Shown one piece after another: positions 34,461-37,548 of a stretch of 37,548 nt of DNA (position 1 is its first letter; every line of letters begins with the position of its first letter). The stretch is from positions 114,924,394-114,961,941 of the forward strand of contig NC_068981.1 of assembly GCF_001194135.2 (NCBI RefSeq). The letters run 5' to 3'. The stretch comes from Octopus bimaculoides. Lineage: Eukaryota. A model generated the notes under the pieces. It made no database searches. It was not told the DNA's origin and was given only the letters and a program-made list of their open reading frames with translations. The position numbers and the translations under genes were made by a program.

Positions 34461-36649
34461 TTCATCTTCGTGTGGTTTTTAATTCTATTATAGAATATAT
34501 TCAACGATATTTCATCGGAAAGTATTTATTTCATCAAGGTCTATTTTTTTTTGTAAATTTTAGGGTATTTTGTTTAATGTCTCTTACATTGTCTGTCGCT
34601 TTGTTAACATACCCAAAAGCAGTTGATGTAAAGTCTGTGTGGGTCTGATTTCATTATTTTTCATCGAACTAAAGAAGTTTTCAGAAAAATAATGAAATCG
34701 CATTACACAGTTAAATGTGTACTTAAAAATGAATATATAAACTCGGATTTTACTAAAAATTGAAAATCGGATAAAGAAAAGAATGACGATCATGTCTATT
34801 ACAACGACGCATGTTAAACTTAGAATGATGTGTTTATACATATACACAAAACACACACACACACAGAGAAGGTTATATATATATGTATATATATATAAAA
34901 TTTAAAAGGAAATATGAATTTTTCCCTTATGAGGTTTTTCACGCTAACTACTTGATAAATTCTTTAATAGATTTTATCCTATTTTAAAATTTTATATATA
35001 TATACGTGGGAATTTTGACTGGCGATTGAATCTATGCACACTCGCACATACAGTAGTGTGTGTGTGTATATATCTGTGTATGTAGTTGTAGAAGTGTATA
35101 TGTATTATGCATAGAGACAGGCATCTCCGCTTTCCATCTACCTCGGCATTTCGTGCTTATGTATGTAAATTGTAAAGTACGACCACAAATTGCAGAATAC
35201 GGTCTTTAATTTCGCCCATACGGAATCTGGGCTAAATTTAACATTAAATTCCACGCTTTCTTCAGAGTCAAACGGTCACTTCTTGGTTTTTTGTTAAGAT
35301 CAAAATAATGTTAGTAATTTGAAAAACTATAATCACGAAACATGCATATGTGGGTGTCTTTTTATATATATTTTCTTGAGACGCAATGATTATCTATCTG
35401 TGTGTGTCTATTTATAAATCAACTTTCACTACCACCACCACTATGTAGACCAAAACCAATATAAACACTACCAACACCAGTTTCGGACCTTGTGCCTAGA
35501 GTAGAAAAAGAGTATTGGTAGCTATCTATGTGTGTGTGTGTCAAAGAGTAAGGTGTAGAGTTTGTATGGCTCAACTCATCCTTCCTTCTCTGGTCTACCC
35601 CCCACTATTCCCAAACCTCTCTTTTCTTCAGAGACTGCCCCTGAACCCTTGCTACCCTCATCTCTTTCTTTCACATTTCCTTTTCCCTTCTACCTTCCAT
35701 CCATTATTACACTTATACAGTGGGACAATCTATATATATGAATAGTTCTCAAAATAAATAAATTGAATAATTAAAAAAAAAAAGAAAGAAAATTAATTGC
35801 ATAATGGGCTGGAATTTAATGAAAGAGCCACTAGCAGATCATGCATGTGTATACCTGACTGGGAGCCCATTTGCTTAGTAAACTAAATTTAAAAAAAGAA
35901 GCCCCCAGTAGATTATGCATGCATATAAGTGCTGAGGACAATACACTGGTGGTACATTAAATGAATAAAGTGGATAGCTATTAGATTTTCTTCAGAAAAT
36001 TTTGTTCCACCAATGAGCTGAAATTTGTACAACAAACCACAAATAGACTATGCATGCATACAAGTGGCTGGAACAGTGTGTACAAATGGTTTGTTGATAT
36101 CCATGTTTGCATTTCATATAGGTTGCATGTTTTTTATATCGAAAATGATATTTCCCATGTTTTCTTAGGTTTGTTTACAAAGCCTGATGAACTGATTGTT
36201 TTTCTCTCAATTATAAGTGACATGATATAGTGAGTTGGGGAGATGTGAGGGCACTGAACAGGTATGGTGGTGAGATGTAGGAGTGTATGCCATGTAATAG
36301 GCAAGTGCGATGCATGCATTGTTTAAAAGGCAGAGTGAGGTGTGTACTATCTCTTCTTTAATGAGTATTTTGCTAAGTTTTAGCCAGAGGCTTCAGCAAA
36401 ACTGAGTATTGTCAGTTGACATGGTTCTCTATCACATGTTCTATGATGTGATGATCAGGGATAAGGGGGCCAGTCTTCCAAGTAGACAGAGCAGTGAGGA
36501 TTGCAAAGGTAAGGAAAGCAGTTGTGCTCTCAGTGATAGTCCACCCAAATGCTTAAAAGATTTCGCTGAGTAGGGTACAGAATAGTTACATAAATAGTAA
36601 ATTTGGTAATACAGAAAAGTGTCATACTCAGTGATGGGTTGCAGTTTCA

Positions 36650-37000
36650 GCATAAACTGCTACAAGGCCAAAGAAGATGCACTAGAGGTGACTACAGAGG
36701 CATCAAATTGCTGGAGCAGGTTATGAAATGTTAACGCAAAACTGATTAGGAACACAATTGGCCTAAATGAAATGTAGTTCAGCTTCATTTTTGGAGGAGG
36801 TACTGCTGGTGCCATATTCCTATTGAGACTACTACAGTAGAAGTGCTGATGTGGAAAAGGTCTTTGACAGAGTAAGGAACTTTGTCAAAGACCTGGTCAC
36901 GGAGGATACTAGGTGTAGATGAATGACTTATGACTAATGTAAGCTATGTACAGTGGTTCATTCAGCAAAGGTGAGAGTCAGCAGTAAGTTCAGTGATGAG
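36650..37000 (+). mobile_element. RTE-clade LINE reverse transcriptase fragment
   Basis: YKAKEDALE.DYRGIKLLEQVMK, LNEM*FSF...GTAGAIFLLR.LQ*K, DVEKVFDRV, LGVDE*L and AMYSG..KVRVSSKFSDE. Confidence 0.8.
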
Positions 37001-37169
37001 TGTATGTGTGTGTAATATATATATATAATCAATATAAACAGCAGGTTGTAATATTTCACCAAAAAGGAGAATTTAAAATTGTCACGAAATGTGACTAGGG
37101 TGTTAAGAAACATCTACATTGTTAGAAATATGAGCTAAAATGCTCTAATGTTGTAGTTAATGCACATAA

Positions 37170-37548
37170 ATCATCATCATCATCATCATCGTTTAACGCC
37201 CGCTTTCCATGCTAGCATGGGTTGGACGATTTGACTGAGGACTGGTGAAACCGGATGGCAACACCAGGCTCCAGTCTGATTTGGCAGAGTTTCTACAGCT
37301 GGATGCCCTTCCTAACGCCAACCACTCAGAGAGTGTAGTGGGTGCTTTTACGTGTCACCCGCACGAAAACGGCCACGCTCGAAATGGTGTCTTTTATGTG
37401 CCACCCGCACAAGCCAGTCCAGGGGCACTGGCAACGATCTCGCTCGAAAATCCTACAGGAGCCAGTCAGGCGGTACTGGCAACGGCCACGCTCAAAATGG
37501 TGCATCTCATGTGCCACCCGCACAAGAACCAGTCCAGGGGCACTGGCA
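37170..37548 (-). mobile_element. Retroposon family C copy (runs off the window)
   Basis: (CAT)n, then CGTTTAACGCCCGCTTTCCATGCTAGCATGGGTTGGACG, then internal repeats GTGCCACCCGCAC / GCCAGTCCAGGGGCACTGGC. Confidence 0.85.

Overview
AT-rich, repeat-dense metazoan genomic DNA with three N gaps. The SINE and repeat families resemble those I recall from Octopus, so a coleoid cephalopod is likely (inference). The only recognisable host coding sequence is an intact, single-exon FUN14/FUNDC-family ORF (20031-20441, minus). The rest is mostly transposons. Four Merlin-type elements have GG...CC ends and 8-bp TSDs; one carries a dead transposase and hosts a nested Gypsy plus a second Merlin-type element. 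Also present: a full-length but disrupted Chapaev3-like transposon, Tx1/L1, RTE and Penelope-like fragments, MITEs, many SINEs and a candidate bidirectional promoter near 34.1-34.5 kb. I found no clearly new multi-gene system. The best leads are (i) an LTR-like segment followed twice by an over-long complement of mature tRNA-Trp including CCA, (ii) the intronless FUNDC copy with an altered LIR-like motif, and (iii) a CCAAT + RFX X-box module carried in the Merlin ends. All calls come from manual reading; no searches were run.
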